64,000 nucleotides of DNA from Pseudomonadales bacterium (GCA_965661125.1 CBFICI010000002.1:195196-259195); one strand, 5' to 3'; positions 1 through 18,801 are shown, counted from the stretch's first letter. The notes: generated by a model from the sequence alone, not told the origin. Made by a program: numbers and translations.

Positions 1-56
1 AAGAAAACAACCAGGACGAACCCACAACCGAAAACCAACCAGGCAAGCGCAGCTAG
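1..56 (+). CDS. 3-prime end of an upstream CDS (…ENNQDEPTTENQPGKRS*). Probably the preceding Pil-Chp gene, but 18 codons are not enough to identify it
   Basis: Open frame runs off the left edge. Stop TAG at 54-56 directly abuts the chpA ATG at 57. Confidence 0.3.
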   Translation, partial: ENNQDEPTTENQPGKRS

Positions 57-5641
<5,585 letters not shown>

Positions 5642-5645
<4 letters not shown>

Positions 5646-6112
5646 GCGACGACACCCTGAAGAGTTGCACAATCGGCATTTGTGACGGATTAAATCTGCT
5701 ATTGCCCGACAACCTGATTGGCGACGTGATTTCTGCCATTGGCATTACCGCACTGGAAAATCACGACCCCTGGTTTATTGGTGAGACCGAGTGGCGTGGG
5801 CTGCAGCTGCCAGTAATCAGCATCGAGCAATTGATTCGCAACGGCCCCGCTCGCATCCATGGTTCTCATATTGCCGTGTTTCGCGGTACCCATGACCCGG
5901 CGCGACTTCCTTTCTATGGGGTTCCCCTGCAGGCCGCACCGCACAGCTATCCCATCAGCCATGGCGGCGAACTGACCCTGCTGGAAGACGCCAAGTCGTT
6001 CGATTTTTGTCTACAGAAAGTGCGGGTGCGCGGAGTGTCTACACTTATTCCCGACCTTGAGGGCATTGAAGAACGTTTGCTGGAAACCCTGCCCGGAAAA
6101 GCGCAAAGCTAG
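5642..6112 (+). CDS. CheW-like coupling protein (ChpC-like)
   Basis: 156 aa. ATGA overlap with the chpA stop. Size and sequence pattern fit a single CheW domain, and the position downstream of chpA fits ChpC. Confidence 0.6.
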
Positions 6113-6849
6113 TTCAGGTCGCCCCAGAGAAACTGCGCCAGGCTGATAACCGCAACGGGCGCAGTCTCGGTTCTCATTACCCGCGGGCCAACGCCAGCCT
6201 CAACAAACCCAGACGAGCTCAGCAACTCGAGCTCGCTGTTTTCGAACCCACCCTCCGGGCCCACTACAAGCACCAGAGATGTCGGCATCTCGTTTCCGGC
6301 GATGGTTGCCAGTGATTGCGCGCCCGGCTGCAGCATCAGTCGCAGGTCGGCAGCCATCGGCTGCCAATCGGTCAACTTCAGCGGTGCATGCAGTTGAGGA
6401 ACAGAGCAGCGACCCGACTGCTCGGCAGCCGAAATCATCAGGCGCTGCCAGTGGCCGGTTTTCTTTTCTGCCCGCGCGGCGCTCCATTTTTCGGAGCGCA
6501 CCGTAATGAGTGGCTGAACCGAGTTGACCCCCAGTTCGGTGGCCTTCTGAAGCGCCCAGTCAAACCGGTCTGCGCGCGACAACCCCAAAGCCAGACACAG
6601 CTCAAGCGGTGAATCTTTTACTCCCTGGCGCTGCGAGACAAGCCGCACTCGTGCGCAGCGCGCATCGGCCAATTCAATTTCGCCCTGGTACTCACCACCA
6701 CTGCCATCAAACAGCACCAGCTCACGACCTAAACCCATGCGAAGTACCTTGCAGAGGTGGTTCGAGGCAAAGGAATCCAGCTCGACCGCCCGGCTCTGCT
6801 GCATGCTATCGGAAAGCGGCTGCGAGCTGTAAATGCGTGGGATTCGCAA
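6109..6849 (-). CDS. rsmE: 16S rRNA (uracil1498-N3)-methyltransferase RsmE
   Basis: 246 aa. N-terminal MRIPRIY… and C-terminal GPEGGF…LGPRVMRTETA motifs are typical of RsmE. Confidence 0.85.
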   Translation of the reverse strand: MRIPRIYSSQPLSDSMQQSRAVELDSFASNHLCKVLRMGLGRELVLFDGSGGEYQGEIELADARCARVRLVSQRQGVKDSPLELCLALGLSRADRFDWALQKATELGVNSVQPLITVRSEKWSAARAEKKTGHWQRLMISAAEQSGRCSVPQLHAPLKLTDWQPMAADLRLMLQPGAQSLATIAGNEMPTSLVLVVGPEGGFENSELELLSSSGFVEAGVGPRVMRTETAPVAVISLAQFLWGDLN

Positions 6850-6857
6850 GGTCGGGC

Positions 6858-7691
6858 TCAGCTATTGCCCAGACCGAGGCGCTGGCAAATACGGCTTACC
6901 GGGCCTGACTGGTTCATGCTGTAGAAGTGGAACGCTGGCACGCCTTCGCGAATCAGGCCCTCACACAAGCGGGTGACAACATCTTCGCCGAACGCTATCA
7001 GCGCCTCTTTGCTCGCCGCTCCCGCCATGCCCTTACGCAACCAGCGCGGAATATCGGCGCCGCAGTTTTCCGAGAAGCGCACCAGGTTCTCCATATTGGT
7101 GATGGGCATAATGCCCGGCACCAGGGGCTTATCGATGCCCTGACGCGAACAATGCTCACGAAAAACCAAAAAGGATTCCAGGTTATAGAAGTACTGGGTA
7201 ATTGCTTCATCGGCACCGGCAGCAAGCTTGTTGGCCAGGTAGGCCACATCTTCCTCGTAGCCTTTGGCTTGCGGATGAACCTCCGGGTAACAGGCTACGG
7301 CAATATGGAACCAGTCGCCAAACTCCTGACGCACAAACTGCACCAACTGGTTGGCATAAACCGGCCGAACCTGGCCCATGCCGGATGGCAAATCGCCACG
7401 CAGCGCTACCAGGCGCCTGATGCCCTGATCCTTGTAGTCTTGCAGCAGCGCGCGCACGCTTGCCTCGTCGTCGGCGCCAAATGACAGGTGTGGTGCTACC
7501 TCCAGCTGCCGGCCCGCCAACTCCACTACCACATCGCGCGTTTGGTGGCGGGTGGAACCACCGGCACCGTAGGTCACCGAATAGTATTCCGGCTGCAGAG
7601 GCTGCAAATCGTCAACCACTCTCTGCAGTTTTTGCTTTCCCTCTACCGTCTTCGGCGGGAAAAACTCCACACTGAATGGAGTCGCTGTCAT
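6858..7691 (-). CDS. metF: 5,10-methylenetetrahydrofolate reductase
   Basis: 277 aa. FSVEFFPPKT… N-terminus and YSVTYGAGGSTR motif. Lies 3 nt downstream of ahcY. Confidence 0.9.
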   Translation of the reverse strand: MTATPFSVEFFPPKTVEGKQKLQRVVDDLQPLQPEYYSVTYGAGGSTRHQTRDVVVELAGRQLEVAPHLSFGADDEASVRALLQDYKDQGIRRLVALRGDLPSGMGQVRPVYANQLVQFVRQEFGDWFHIAVACYPEVHPQAKGYEEDVAYLANKLAAGADEAITQYFYNLESFLVFREHCSRQGIDKPLVPGIMPITNMENLVRFSENCGADIPRWLRKGMAGAASKEALIAFGEDVVTRLCEGLIREGVPAFHFYSMNQSGPVSRICQRLGLGNS

Positions 7692-7694
7692 AAA

Positions 7695-9089
7695 TCAGTA
7701 CCGGTAGTGTTCGGGCTTGTAGGGGCCATCAACCCCCACACCAATGTAGTTGGCCTGCTGCTCGGTCAGGCGTGTCAGCACTCCACCAAAGCCTTCCACC
7801 ATGGCCGCCGCCACCTCTTCGTCCAGCTTGCGCGGCAATACTTCCACACGCAGCTTGCCGGCCTTCTCGGCGGCCGGTAAATCAGCAAACTTCTCGCCGT
7901 ACAGATGAATCTGCGCCAGCACCTGGTTGGCAAAGGAACCGTCCATGATGCGCGAGGGGTGGCCGGTGGCATTGCCCAGGTTCACCAGGCGGCCCTCGGA
8001 CAGCAGCAACAGAAAATCGCTGCCCGCTTCGTTGCGTATCACCTTGTGCACCTGGGGTTTTACTTCCTGCCAGGTCCAGTTTTTGCGCATGAAGGCGGTG
8101 TCGATCTCGTTGTCGAAGTGGCCAATGTTGCACACCACCGCGCCCGACTTGATCGCCTTGAGCATGTTGGCGTCGCACACGTTCACGTTGCCGGTGGTGG
8201 TCACCAGCAGTTCGGTTTTTTGCAGCAACTCGCGGTTAATGCTGGCTTCGGTTCCGTCGTTAATGCCGTCAATGTAGGGCGACACCAGCTCGAAACCGTC
8301 CATGCAGGCCTGCATGGCACAGATGGGGTCCACCTCGGCCACGCGCACAATCATGCCTTCCTGGCGCAGCGACTGGGCCGAGCCCTTGCCGACATCACCG
8401 TAACCAATCACCAGCGCGCGCTTGCCCGACAGCAGGTGGTCGGTGGCGCGCTTGATGGCATCGTTCAGCGAGTGGCGGCAACCGTACTTGTTGTCGTTTT
8501 TTGCCTTGGTCACCGAGTCGTTCACGTTGATCGCCGGCACTTTCAGGGTGCCATCGCGCAGCATCTCCTGCAGCCGGTGCACGCCGGTGGTGGTCTCCTC
8601 GGTGATGCCATGAATGGCATCCAGCATCTGCGGGAAGCGCTCGTGCAGCATGCCGGTCAGGTCGCCGCCATCGTCCAGAATCATGTTGGCATCCCAGGGG
8701 CGGCCGTCCTTCACAATGGTTTGCTCGATGCACCACTCGTACTCTTCCTCGGTCTCGCCTTTCCAGGCAAACACCGGCACACCCGCCGCGGCAATGGCCG
8801 CCGCCGCGTGGTCCTGGGTAGAGAAGATATTGCACGAGCTCCAGCGCACTTCGGCGCCCAGTGCCACCAGGGTTTCAATCAGCACGGCGGTTTGCACCGT
8901 CATGTGAATGCAGCCCAGAATTTTAGCGCCAGCCAGCGGCTGCTCGGCCCGGTACGACTCGCGCAGCGCCATCAGCGCTGGCATCTCCGTCTCGGCAATC
9001 TCGATCTCGCGGCGCCCGTAGTCGGCCAGGCCAATGTCGGCCACGCGGTAGTCGCTAAAGGGCAGTTTACTTACAGCAGGTACAGTCAT
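7695..9089 (-). CDS. ahcY: Adenosylhomocysteinase
   Basis: 464 aa. [28 protein letters not shown]… and the NAD-binding GYGDVGKG motif. Confidence 0.95.
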   Translation of the reverse strand: MTVPAVSKLPFSDYRVADIGLADYGRREIEIAETEMPALMALRESYRAEQPLAGAKILGCIHMTVQTAVLIETLVALGAEVRWSSCNIFSTQDHAAAAIAAAGVPVFAWKGETEEEYEWCIEQTIVKDGRPWDANMILDDGGDLTGMLHERFPQMLDAIHGITEETTTGVHRLQEMLRDGTLKVPAINVNDSVTKAKNDNKYGCRHSLNDAIKRATDHLLSGKRALVIGYGDVGKGSAQSLRQEGMIVRVAEVDPICAMQACMDGFELVSPYIDGINDGTEASINRELLQKTELLVTTTGNVNVCDANMLKAIKSGAVVCNIGHFDNEIDTAFMRKNWTWQEVKPQVHKVIRNEAGSDFLLLLSEGRLVNLGNATGHPSRIMDGSFANQVLAQIHLYGEKFADLPAAEKAGKLRVEVLPRKLDEEVAAAMVEGFGGVLTRLTEQQANYIGVGVDGPYKPEHYRY

Positions 9090-9106
9090 GATGTCTCCAG
9101 ATCCGG

Positions 9107-10260
<1,154 letters not shown>

Positions 10261-10264
<4 letters not shown>

Positions 10265-11232
10265 GTATTTGCTTCCTGTTGATTCTTGAATATCAGCAGT
10301 TGCACCCGAAAGCCGTTCCTCAGGGCAAGAAACTGTTCGGAGTGCAACCCAAGGCCTTCATAGCCGGCAAAATCCAGTAATTGTTCGCGTTCAAATCCCA
10401 ACCATAAATCACCGCAGCTGGTTCTGGCCCATTCCTGATCGTGGCTACACAAATCACACAGCAGGAGGTATCCGCCCGGCGCCAGTGCAGTGGCCATCTC
10501 GGAAATTAATTCAGCGGGAGAAGCCAGGTGGTGCAGCACCATGCTGCAGGTCACCAGCCCAAACTCTCCGGCACAGGCAGAACTATCCAGCTCCTTACAC
10601 CACCAATCCAGATGGGTTACCCCTGCCAATCGCTGCCGCGCCCGCTGCAGCAGCTCGGCCGATACATCCAGCGCAACAACCCGCTCGAAATTGCCCGCCA
10701 GTTCGCCCAGCAACTCACCCTCGCCACAACCCACTTCCAGCCAGCTGGATTGGGGCAATTCAAGACTGTCCACCATTTGCACAATGGCAGAGCCGTATTC
10801 GCCGTGGCCGGCAATTAAATCCTGCTGGTCGCGAAAACGCTCGGCGTTGCGAAGAAAAAAATCGCGCGACCTCTGCTCGCGCTGCTCCTGTAGGCTTCTC
10901 AGTTTTTGGTAAAGGGAGGTTGCGACGGGTTCGCGATCGATCAGCTGAAACAACTGCTGCAAGCTCTGTGTGCTAGCCGAGGGTTCGGGTAGTACGCGGC
11001 GGTAAAACAGCGAATTGCCCTCGCGCCGGCTGCAGAGAAACCCGGCTTCAACCAGCACTTTTAGGTGGTGGCTCATGGCCGGCTGGCGCACGTCAAACAG
11101 GCTGCATAGCTCGAGCACGCCAAACGAGTCGCGCTGCATAATGCGCACAATCTCGAAGCGCATGGGATCGCCGAGGGCCTTGAATGAATCGGCCAGACTA
11201 AAGGCCGAATTGTCTTGTGCTGCCAGTTCCAT
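10261..11232 (-). CDS. sahR: ArsR-family wHTH fused to a SAM-methyltransferase-fold domain (SahR-type regulator of the SAM/methionine cycle)
   Basis: 323 aa. N-terminal ArsR HTH ([13 protein letters not shown]…[20 protein letters not shown]) and a C-terminal class-I methyltransferase fold ([10 protein letters not shown]). ATGA overlap with metK. Confidence 0.75.
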
Positions 11233-11259
11233 GTCGGGCAGACTACCCGAGCTAAAAAT

Positions 11260-11283
11260 CTATATCAAATAATTTTGATATAG
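11260..11283. promoter_or_regulatory. Perfect 10-4-10 inverted repeat CTATATCAAA-TAAT-TTTGATATAG upstream of sahR. Candidate SahR operator
   Basis: Read directly from the sequence. Lies 28 nt upstream of the sahR ATG in an AT-rich 61-bp intergenic region. Confidence 0.6.
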
Positions 11284-11293
11284 TTAAGGCCAA

Positions 11294-12280
11294 TCAACGC
11301 GGTTCGATTGCCTTCAAGTGTTGCCGAACGCTCAGCCAGGCGCCCAACAACCCCAGCAAAGCACCACCGGCAGCCAACCTGAACAAAGGCACGTCCGGCT
11401 TTAACTGCAGGGCCTCGACGGCCTGGTAGGAATAAAACAAGCGTTCGACCGGGCCGGCAATCAACAGCGACACAAGGGCTACGATCAATCCAGCCAGCAG
11501 CCCTCCCAGCATGCCGTACCAGAAGCCGGTATAGAGCAGCGGCCGGGATACGTACCGATCGGTACCCCCTACCAACTTGATGACCAGAATTTCCGAGCGA
11601 CGATTTTCAATGGTCAGCCGAATGGTATTGCCCAGTATCAACACCACGCCCAGGGCCAGCAACAAACCAACAGCCACGGAAAAGCGACCCATGAACTGCA
11701 GGATGGCGTCGAGCCGTTCGAGCCACTGCAAATCCAGTTGAACTTCGGCCACTCCTCGCTCTTGCGCCATGGTTGCCCTGAGTATGTTCAGGTCTGCTGT
11801 GCGCCCGGCCATACCCGGGTCTGGCGCAATGCGGGCAGCCCAGGGCAGTGGGTTGCGATCAAAACTGTCCAACACGGCACCCAAACCGCTGTACTGTTCG
11901 AACTCCAGCAAGCCCTGCTCGGGGGATATCAGGCGTATCGACCCGATACGCGGATCGTCACGCCAGTCGAGAAAGAAACTATCCACCAGCTCTCGCTCAA
12001 CACCGGTTTCGAAGAACAGGTTGATATCCGAACTGCGATCAACGCTGTCTACCGCCCCGACAGCGAGGCGCTCCAGCTGCAACAGCAGGGTGGGAAGCCC
12101 CAGGGCGATGGCGATAACGGCCACCGTCATGCCGGTTTGCAGGGGAGTGGCTGCCAGTCGGCGCAGGCTGTCGCGGGCTGCGCCCAGGTGGTTGCGCAGC
12201 CAGGGCACAAATCGCGCTGGCGAGTTTTGCTCCAACCAGCGCCCCAACGGGCTAGACGACCTTCGGGTGCGCCGGTTCAC
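11294..12280 (-). CDS. ftsX: Cell-division ABC transporter permease FtsX
   Basis: 328 aa. Four predicted TM segments. GTGA overlap with the ftsE stop. ftsYEX gene order. Confidence 0.9.
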   Translation of the reverse strand: MNRRTRRSSSPLGRWLEQNSPARFVPWLRNHLGAARDSLRRLAATPLQTGMTVAVIAIALGLPTLLLQLERLAVGAVDSVDRSSDINLFFETGVERELVDSFFLDWRDDPRIGSIRLISPEQGLLEFEQYSGLGAVLDSFDRNPLPWAARIAPDPGMAGRTADLNILRATMAQERGVAEVQLDLQWLERLDAILQFMGRFSVAVGLLLALGVVLILGNTIRLTIENRRSEILVIKLVGGTDRYVSRPLLYTGFWYGMLGGLLAGLIVALVSLLIAGPVERLFYSYQAVEALQLKPDVPLFRLAAGGALLGLLGAWLSVRQHLKAIEPR

Positions 12281-12957
12281 AGTGCTTCCGGCTGAGGGAA
12301 AGCGCCCGAAACTACCCTGCCCTGATCAAGCTCCAGCCGGCGCTTTGAGTAATTGGCAATAAGCGGCAGGTCGTGGGTGGCCAACATAATGGTGACGCCC
12401 ACCCGGTTGAATTCGCAGAAAAGGTCGAGGATTTCGCGCGACAGCTCGGCATCCAGGTTGCCCGTAGGTTCATCGGCCAGCAACAGGTCTGGTTTATGAA
12501 CGACGGCCCTTGCAATGCCAACTCGCTGCTGTTCGCCGCCAGACAACACGATAGGGTTGAGGTGTTCCTTGTCGAGCAGGCCCACCTTGTCCAGCGCCGC
12601 TCGCACGCGCCGGGCGATCTCGCGCGGGTGCGCGCCGCTCACGGCAAGTGGCATGGCCACGTTGTCAAAGACCGAGCGATCGAATAACAGCTCGTGATTC
12701 TGGAAAACAAGCCCGATGCGACGGCGGTGAAACGGAATTTCGTGCTGCGAGAAACGATCCAGATTCTTGCCTTCGAATAGCAACTGGCCCTGGGTGGTTC
12801 GCTCCATCAGCATGACCAATTTCAGCAGGGTTGTTTTTCCCGCGCCAGAATGACCGGTCAGAAACAGCATTTCTCCCTGCGGCAATTCCAGGCTGATGCG
12901 CTTTAGCGCCTCATATCCGCCAGGATAACGCTTGCTGACATTGTCAAATCGAATCAT
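12277..12957 (-). CDS. ftsE: Cell-division ABC transporter ATPase FtsE
   Basis: Start set at MIRFDNVSKRY, one nt after the ftsY stop. Walker A GHSGAGKTT, signature LSGGEQQR, Walker B LLLADEP. The 41-codon extension in the ORF track overlaps ftsY. Confidence 0.9.
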   Translation of the reverse strand: MIRFDNVSKRYPGGYEALKRISLELPQGEMLFLTGHSGAGKTTLLKLVMLMERTTQGQLLFEGKNLDRFSQHEIPFHRRRIGLVFQNHELLFDRSVFDNVAMPLAVSGAHPREIARRVRAALDKVGLLDKEHLNPIVLSGGEQQRVGIARAVVHKPDLLLADEPTGNLDAELSREILDLFCEFNRVGVTIMLATHDLPLIANYSKRRLELDQGRVVSGAFPQPEAL

Positions 12958-12958
12958 T

Positions 12959-13930
12959 TCACGGGTTCCCGGATTCCTCCAGCAAGGCCTCGATGAAGGC
13001 TTCAGCGTCAAAGGGCTGCAGGTCTTCCATTGCCTCACCCAAGCCAATATAGCGAACCGGCAGCTGCAGCTGGTCGGCAAGGGCCAAAACCACGCCGCCG
13101 CGAGCTGTGCCGTCCAGTTTGGTAATCACCAGCCCGTCCAGCGGTGTTGCCTTGCTGAATTCGCGCGCCTGACTCAGAGCATTCTGGCCGGTACTGGCAT
13201 CCACTACCAGCAGAGTTTCGTGCGGCGCGGTTTCGTCCAGCTTGCGCATTACCCGCACCACCTTGGACAACTCTTCCATAAGGTGAGCCTTGTTGTGAAG
13301 CCTGCCCGCGGTATCGGCTATCAAGAGGTCGGCACCGCGGCGCTGGGCAGACTGCAACCCGTCATAAATCACTGATGCACTGTCGCTACCTGGCCTTTGT
13401 GCCACCACCGGAACCTGGTTGCGGTCGCCCCAAACCTGCAGTTGCTCGATTGCTGCCGCCCGGAAGGTATCCCCCGCAGCCAGAACGACCTGCTTGCCTT
13501 GCTGTTTCATGGCATGGGTGATTTTGCCAATACTGGTGGTTTTGCCCACCCCGTTAACTCCCACCACCATGATAACGAAGGGTGATGCACCGCTGACATC
13601 GAGCGGTTTGGCTATCGGGCGCAACAGATCGGCCAGAACCAGAGCCAACACCTCAAGCGCATCCTCTCCACCATCCCGCTGAAGTCGGGCATCGAGCTCA
13701 TCCAGAATGCGGGCGCTGGTATCAATGCCCACATCAGCCGAGAGCAACTGCATCTCAAGTTCGTCTCGCAGTTCGCCGTCCAATCCGCGCTTGCCGCCCA
13801 ACAAGCTGCGCAAGCCACTGCCCAACCCGCGGTTGGTTTTCTCAAGCCCGCTGCGCCAACGGATTTCCTGCTGCTGCGATTCGGGTTCTGCCGGGTTATC
13901 TTTGCCTCGGCGAAATAGCTTGCCAAACAA
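12959..13930 (-). CDS. ftsY: Signal-recognition-particle receptor FtsY (short A domain)
   Basis: NG domain motifs GVNGVGKTT, DTAGR and ITKLDGTARGG. Start placed at TTG 13930 (MFGKLFRRGK…), preceded by AGAGG. The ATG at 14059 would overlap divergent rsmD. The start is uncertain. Confidence 0.85.
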   Translation of the reverse strand: MFGKLFRRGKDNPAEPESQQQEIRWRSGLEKTNRGLGSGLRSLLGGKRGLDGELRDELEMQLLSADVGIDTSARILDELDARLQRDGGEDALEVLALVLADLLRPIAKPLDVSGASPFVIMVVGVNGVGKTTSIGKITHAMKQQGKQVVLAAGDTFRAAAIEQLQVWGDRNQVPVVAQRPGSDSASVIYDGLQSAQRRGADLLIADTAGRLHNKAHLMEELSKVVRVMRKLDETAPHETLLVVDASTGQNALSQAREFSKATPLDGLVITKLDGTARGGVVLALADQLQLPVRYIGLGEAMEDLQPFDAEAFIEALLEESGNP

Positions 13931-14002
13931 ATTCGGGCCTCTGTTTCGGTCTGGTTGTATCGAATGGGATATCCTACCATCGCCAAGGGGAAAGCCGACG
14001 AG

Positions 14003-14581
14003 ATGAAACGCCAAAAAACACCTGCTGCAACTTCCAGCATCCGCGTTATAGGCGGGCAATGGCGCGGGCGAAAACTTCCGGTAGTCGACCTTCCCGGTCT
14101 GCGGCCCACGGCCGACCGAGTGCGCGAGACCCTGTTCAACTGGCTGCAGCTGGATATTGCCGGGCGCAGCTGCCTGGATGCGTTCGCCGGAACCGGTGCG
14201 CTGGGAATTGAGGCGTTATCACGCGGCGCCAGCCACCTGGTGGCGCTGGAAATGGCGGCGCCCGCCTGTCGCCAGCTCGAAAGCAATTTCAAATTGTTGC
14301 AAGCGGGGGCCGAGCTGCACTGCGGCAATAGCCTCGACTGGCTGGACCGGCCTGCAACCGAGCAGTTTGATCTGGTGTTTCTCGACCCGCCCTTCGATGC
14401 CGACCTGTGGCAACCCAGCCTTGAACTGCTCACCCAGCGTGACTGGCTGCGCCCGGACTGCCTGATATACCTGGAACGGCCTGCCAGCCTGCCGCAACCG
14501 CCTCTGAAAGGCTTCGCCCTGAGGTGCGAAAAGAAAATATCCCGCGTCGGCTGTTACCTGTTCGAGCGACAACCGGCCTAG
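14003..14581 (+). CDS. rsmD: 16S rRNA (guanine966-N2)-methyltransferase RsmD
   Basis: IRVIGGQWRGRKL…RPT.DRVRETLFNWL…LDAFAGTGALGIEALSRGA…DPPF motifs. Start chosen at MKRQKT. An upstream ATG at 13955 is also possible. Confidence 0.85.
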   Translation: MKRQKTPAATSSIRVIGGQWRGRKLPVVDLPGLRPTADRVRETLFNWLQLDIAGRSCLDAFAGTGALGIEALSRGASHLVALEMAAPACRQLESNFKLLQAGAELHCGNSLDWLDRPATEQFDLVFLDPPFDADLWQPSLELLTQRDWLRPDCLIYLERPASLPQPPLKGFALRCEKKISRVGCYLFERQPA

Positions 14582-14623
14582 GTAGCTACATCTGCATTGG
14601 CTGGCAGCGGCTATTTAAAGTAG

Positions 14624-15960
<1,337 letters not shown>

Positions 15961-16102
15961 TTCAGCCGCCGCACTCCTGCTGTAACATGGGGGATCGGGT
16001 TAACGGATGCTTTTGAGGCGCCGACATGGTACCTTATCGCGCCTGTTTTGAAGTGTCAGGTATCAATGCTGACACGCTACGACGTTCGTTTGGGGAGTAG
16101 GA

Positions 16103-16528
16103 ATGGCGCGTCTTTTTAAGAAAAAAGTTTCCAATGAAGAGATGGAAGTTGACCTCACGCCAATGCTGGATGTGGTCTTCATCATGCTCATCTTTTTTAT
16201 CGTTACCGCATCTTTTGTTCAGGAAGACGGCTTTCTGGTAAACCGTCCGCCAGAGGCACCGCCCTCGGACGAAATTTCCGAAGACAAAAACGCCACCTTT
16301 ATTGTCACGGAAACGGACGAAATCTGGTTTGACGGCCGCCGCATTGATGTGCGCGCTGCACGGGCAAATATTGAACGTATCCTTGCCGAAAACCCCAATG
16401 CGATGGTTACTGTACGCGCTCACGAGCTCTCTACAGCAGCCACCTATATCGGCATTGTTGACCAGGCCTACGAGGCAGTGACCAACGACCCGGAATTTGC
16501 TGTTAACCTGGTTACCTATCGCGACTGA
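16103..16528 (+). CDS. ExbD/TolR-family biopolymer transport protein (orphan: no exbB or tonB nearby)
   Basis: 141 aa. The DLTPMLDVVFIMLIFFIV TM motif is typical of ExbD/TolR. Confidence 0.8.
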   Translation: MARLFKKKVSNEEMEVDLTPMLDVVFIMLIFFIVTASFVQEDGFLVNRPPEAPPSDEISEDKNATFIVTETDEIWFDGRRIDVRAARANIERILAENPNAMVTVRAHELSTAATYIGIVDQAYEAVTNDPEFAVNLVTYRD

Positions 16529-16592
16529 TACCCATGGGTGAGCCTTCGGGCCCACCCGGTTCAACCCGGGCGCCAAGCCCACCTGCATCCGC

Positions 16593-18593
16593 ATGAGTAA
16601 GCCGCAGCCGCGCCTGGGCATCGACACCGGGGGCACCTTCACCGATTTTGCCTACTTTGATGGCAGCAAACTGCATAGCTGCAAAGTACTCTCAACCCCC
16701 CAAGCACCGGAGCAGGCAATTCTGCAAGGCATACGGCTACTGGGCCTGGAACCGGCAGTAGCTGCGAGTGATATCCCCCTAATTCACGGAACCACCGTGG
16801 CCACCAACGCCGCGCTGGAACGCAAGGGTGCGCGTACCGCCTTCGTGACCAACGCCGGTTTTGAAGATTTGCTTACCATCGGTCGACAGAACCGTGCCGA
16901 ACTCTACAACCTGACACCGCAAAAGCCCTTGCCACCAGTACCCCGGCAGCTTTGCTTTGGTGTGGCGGGTCGTATCGACCGCCATGGTCGGCAACTGGAG
17001 CCTATCGATCAGGCCAGTTTCAAGGAACTGATTACAAAACTGCGCCACCTTGAGGTGGAGGCGGTGGCAATCTGCCTGTTGTTCAGCTGGCTGAACGATT
17101 CCCACGAGAAGGCCGTGGCCGAGGCAATCAGGTCCAGGCTTCCCGGTCTCAGTCTGCACCTTTCAAGTGAGGTTGCGCCGCGCACAGGGGAATATGAGCG
17201 GGGTATGGCTACCTGGTTGAATGCCAGCCTGTCGCCGCGGGTTCAGGGTTACCTCGAACGGCTAGAACTGGCGATTCCGCCCGAGCGCCTCACTATCATG
17301 CAGTCATCCGGCGGTACCCTTTCAGCAAAACTGGCCAGCAAGCGCGCAGTGCAGCTGTTGCTTTCCGGGCCGGCCGGTGGCCTGGCTGCAGCATCCTACC
17401 TGTGCCGGCAACTGCAGGAACCCGGCCTGCTCACTTTTGATATGGGCGGCACCTCGACCGATGTGGCACTGGTGCGCGGGCAACCGCGGCTTACTACCGA
17501 AGGTTCAATCGGCGGCTGGCCGGTGGTTGTGCCCATGGTAGATATGCACACCATAGGCGCCGGCGGAGGATCCATTGCACGAATTGATCCGGCCGGCATG
17601 CTGCATGTGGGCCCGGAATCGGCCGGTGCAACCCCGGGGCCGGCCTGCTATGGCCGCGAAGCCGGCCTGGTGACGGTCACCGACGCCCACTGCTTGCTGG
17701 GGCACCTGCCACAATCGAGCCTGGGCGATGGCGGCCCGCAACTTCAGCGCGCAGCAGCTGCCGCTGCCATTGAAAATCTGGACGCCTCGATACAACCCGA
17801 GGCTCTTGCGCTCGGTATCCTGGATTTGGCCGAAGAGCATATGGCCGGCGCCTTGCGCAAGATCTCCGAGCAGCGAGGCGAAGACCCGGCCGACTACCGC
17901 CTGTGCAGTTTTGGCGGCGCCGGTGGCCTTCATGTATGCAATTTGGCTGAAAAAATGGGTATGCAAAAAGCCATTGTGCCGGCTCATGCCGGAACTCTAT
18001 CGGCATTGGGTATGCTGGTTGCGCCGGGGCTACGCGAATTCACTCGCAGCCTGACCGAGACCGAACGGCACTCACCGCAGGCGCTGGCCTCGCTGGTGCA
18101 GCAACTGCAACATCAGGCCATACAGGAGCTCTCGGCCGAGGGGCATCCGGCAGAGGCCGCTGAAACCGATAGCTGGCTCGACTGCCGCTACGCCGGCCAA
18201 AGCTTTACCCTGCAGGTAGCCTGGAGCCCGGATACCAAATCCGACGAGGTGGTGCAGCGCTTTCACGAGCTGCACGAGCGCACATACGAATATGCAATGC
18301 AGCGCGAGGTTGAGCAGGTCAACCTGCGAGTTTCTGTTCGCGTTGACTCACCCTCACTGGATTTACCTGCCGAAAAGGGTGACATTGCCGGGCCGGCCGA
18401 CTCCTGCCGTGTTTTTCAACGAAACAGGGGTTGGCAGGAAGCACAGCTTTGGCAGCTGAAAAACATACCCGAAGGGCAGCCCATTTTCGGGCCGGCCCTG
18501 ATTGTTACCAACAGCGCTACCAGCCTGATCCAGCCTGGCTGGTCGGCCATTCGACTACCACAAGGGCACCTGCTGCTGGAAAGGCAAGGCTAG
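16593..18593 (+). CDS. Hydantoinase/oxoprolinase A-family protein (HyuA-like). No HyuB partner in the window
   Basis: 666 aa. N-terminal LGIDTGGTFTD, with later FDMGGTSTD and GAGGGS motifs. Confidence 0.8.
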   Translation: MSKPQPRLGIDTGGTFTDFAYFDGSKLHSCKVLSTPQAPEQAILQGIRLLGLEPAVAASDIPLIHGTTVATNAALERKGARTAFVTNAGFEDLLTIGRQNRAELYNLTPQKPLPPVPRQLCFGVAGRIDRHGRQLEPIDQASFKELITKLRHLEVEAVAICLLFSWLNDSHEKAVAEAIRSRLPGLSLHLSSEVAPRTGEYERGMATWLNASLSPRVQGYLERLELAIPPERLTIMQSSGGTLSAKLASKRAVQLLLSGPAGGLAAASYLCRQLQEPGLLTFDMGGTSTDVALVRGQPRLTTEGSIGGWPVVVPMVDMHTIGAGGGSIARIDPAGMLHVGPESAGATPGPACYGREAGLVTVTDAHCLLGHLPQSSLGDGGPQLQRAAAAAAIENLDASIQPEALALGILDLAEEHMAGALRKISEQRGEDPADYRLCSFGGAGGLHVCNLAEKMGMQKAIVPAHAGTLSALGMLVAPGLREFTRSLTETERHSPQALASLVQQLQHQAIQELSAEGHPAEAAETDSWLDCRYAGQSFTLQVAWSPDTKSDEVVQRFHELHERTYEYAMQREVEQVNLRVSVRVDSPSLDLPAEKGDIAGPADSCRVFQRNRGWQEAQLWQLKNIPEGQPIFGPALIVTNSATSLIQPGWSAIRLPQGHLLLERQG

Positions 18594-18801
18594 CCGCGCC
18601 CCGCTGACCGGCTTCAAGGTTACTTGCCGGCGCTTGCGCTGCAACGAGGGGTTGAGTGCACAAGGAAGTGCACAAAAACACCGCCGGGCAGGACGCCCGT
18701 CGGTGCGACCCCTAAGTGGCAAGCAAGCAAAGGGAAGCCGAAGGCCAAGTGACCAGCGCGGGCTGCGGGGGGCGGCTAGCTTGAGACATTCCATCAGCCA
18801 C

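Noticed and set aside
9090-9106. SAH riboswitch upstream of ahcY
   Set aside because: Only 17 nt separate metK from ahcY, which is too short for the element. Regulation is more likely through the SahR-type regulator.
12958-13080. 41-codon N-terminal extension of ftsE, and the 43-codon extension of ftsY (13931..14059)
   Set aside because: The extensions overlap the upstream or divergent genes and lack family similarity. Conserved N-termini (MIRFDNV…; (M)FGKLFRRGK with an SD) start later.
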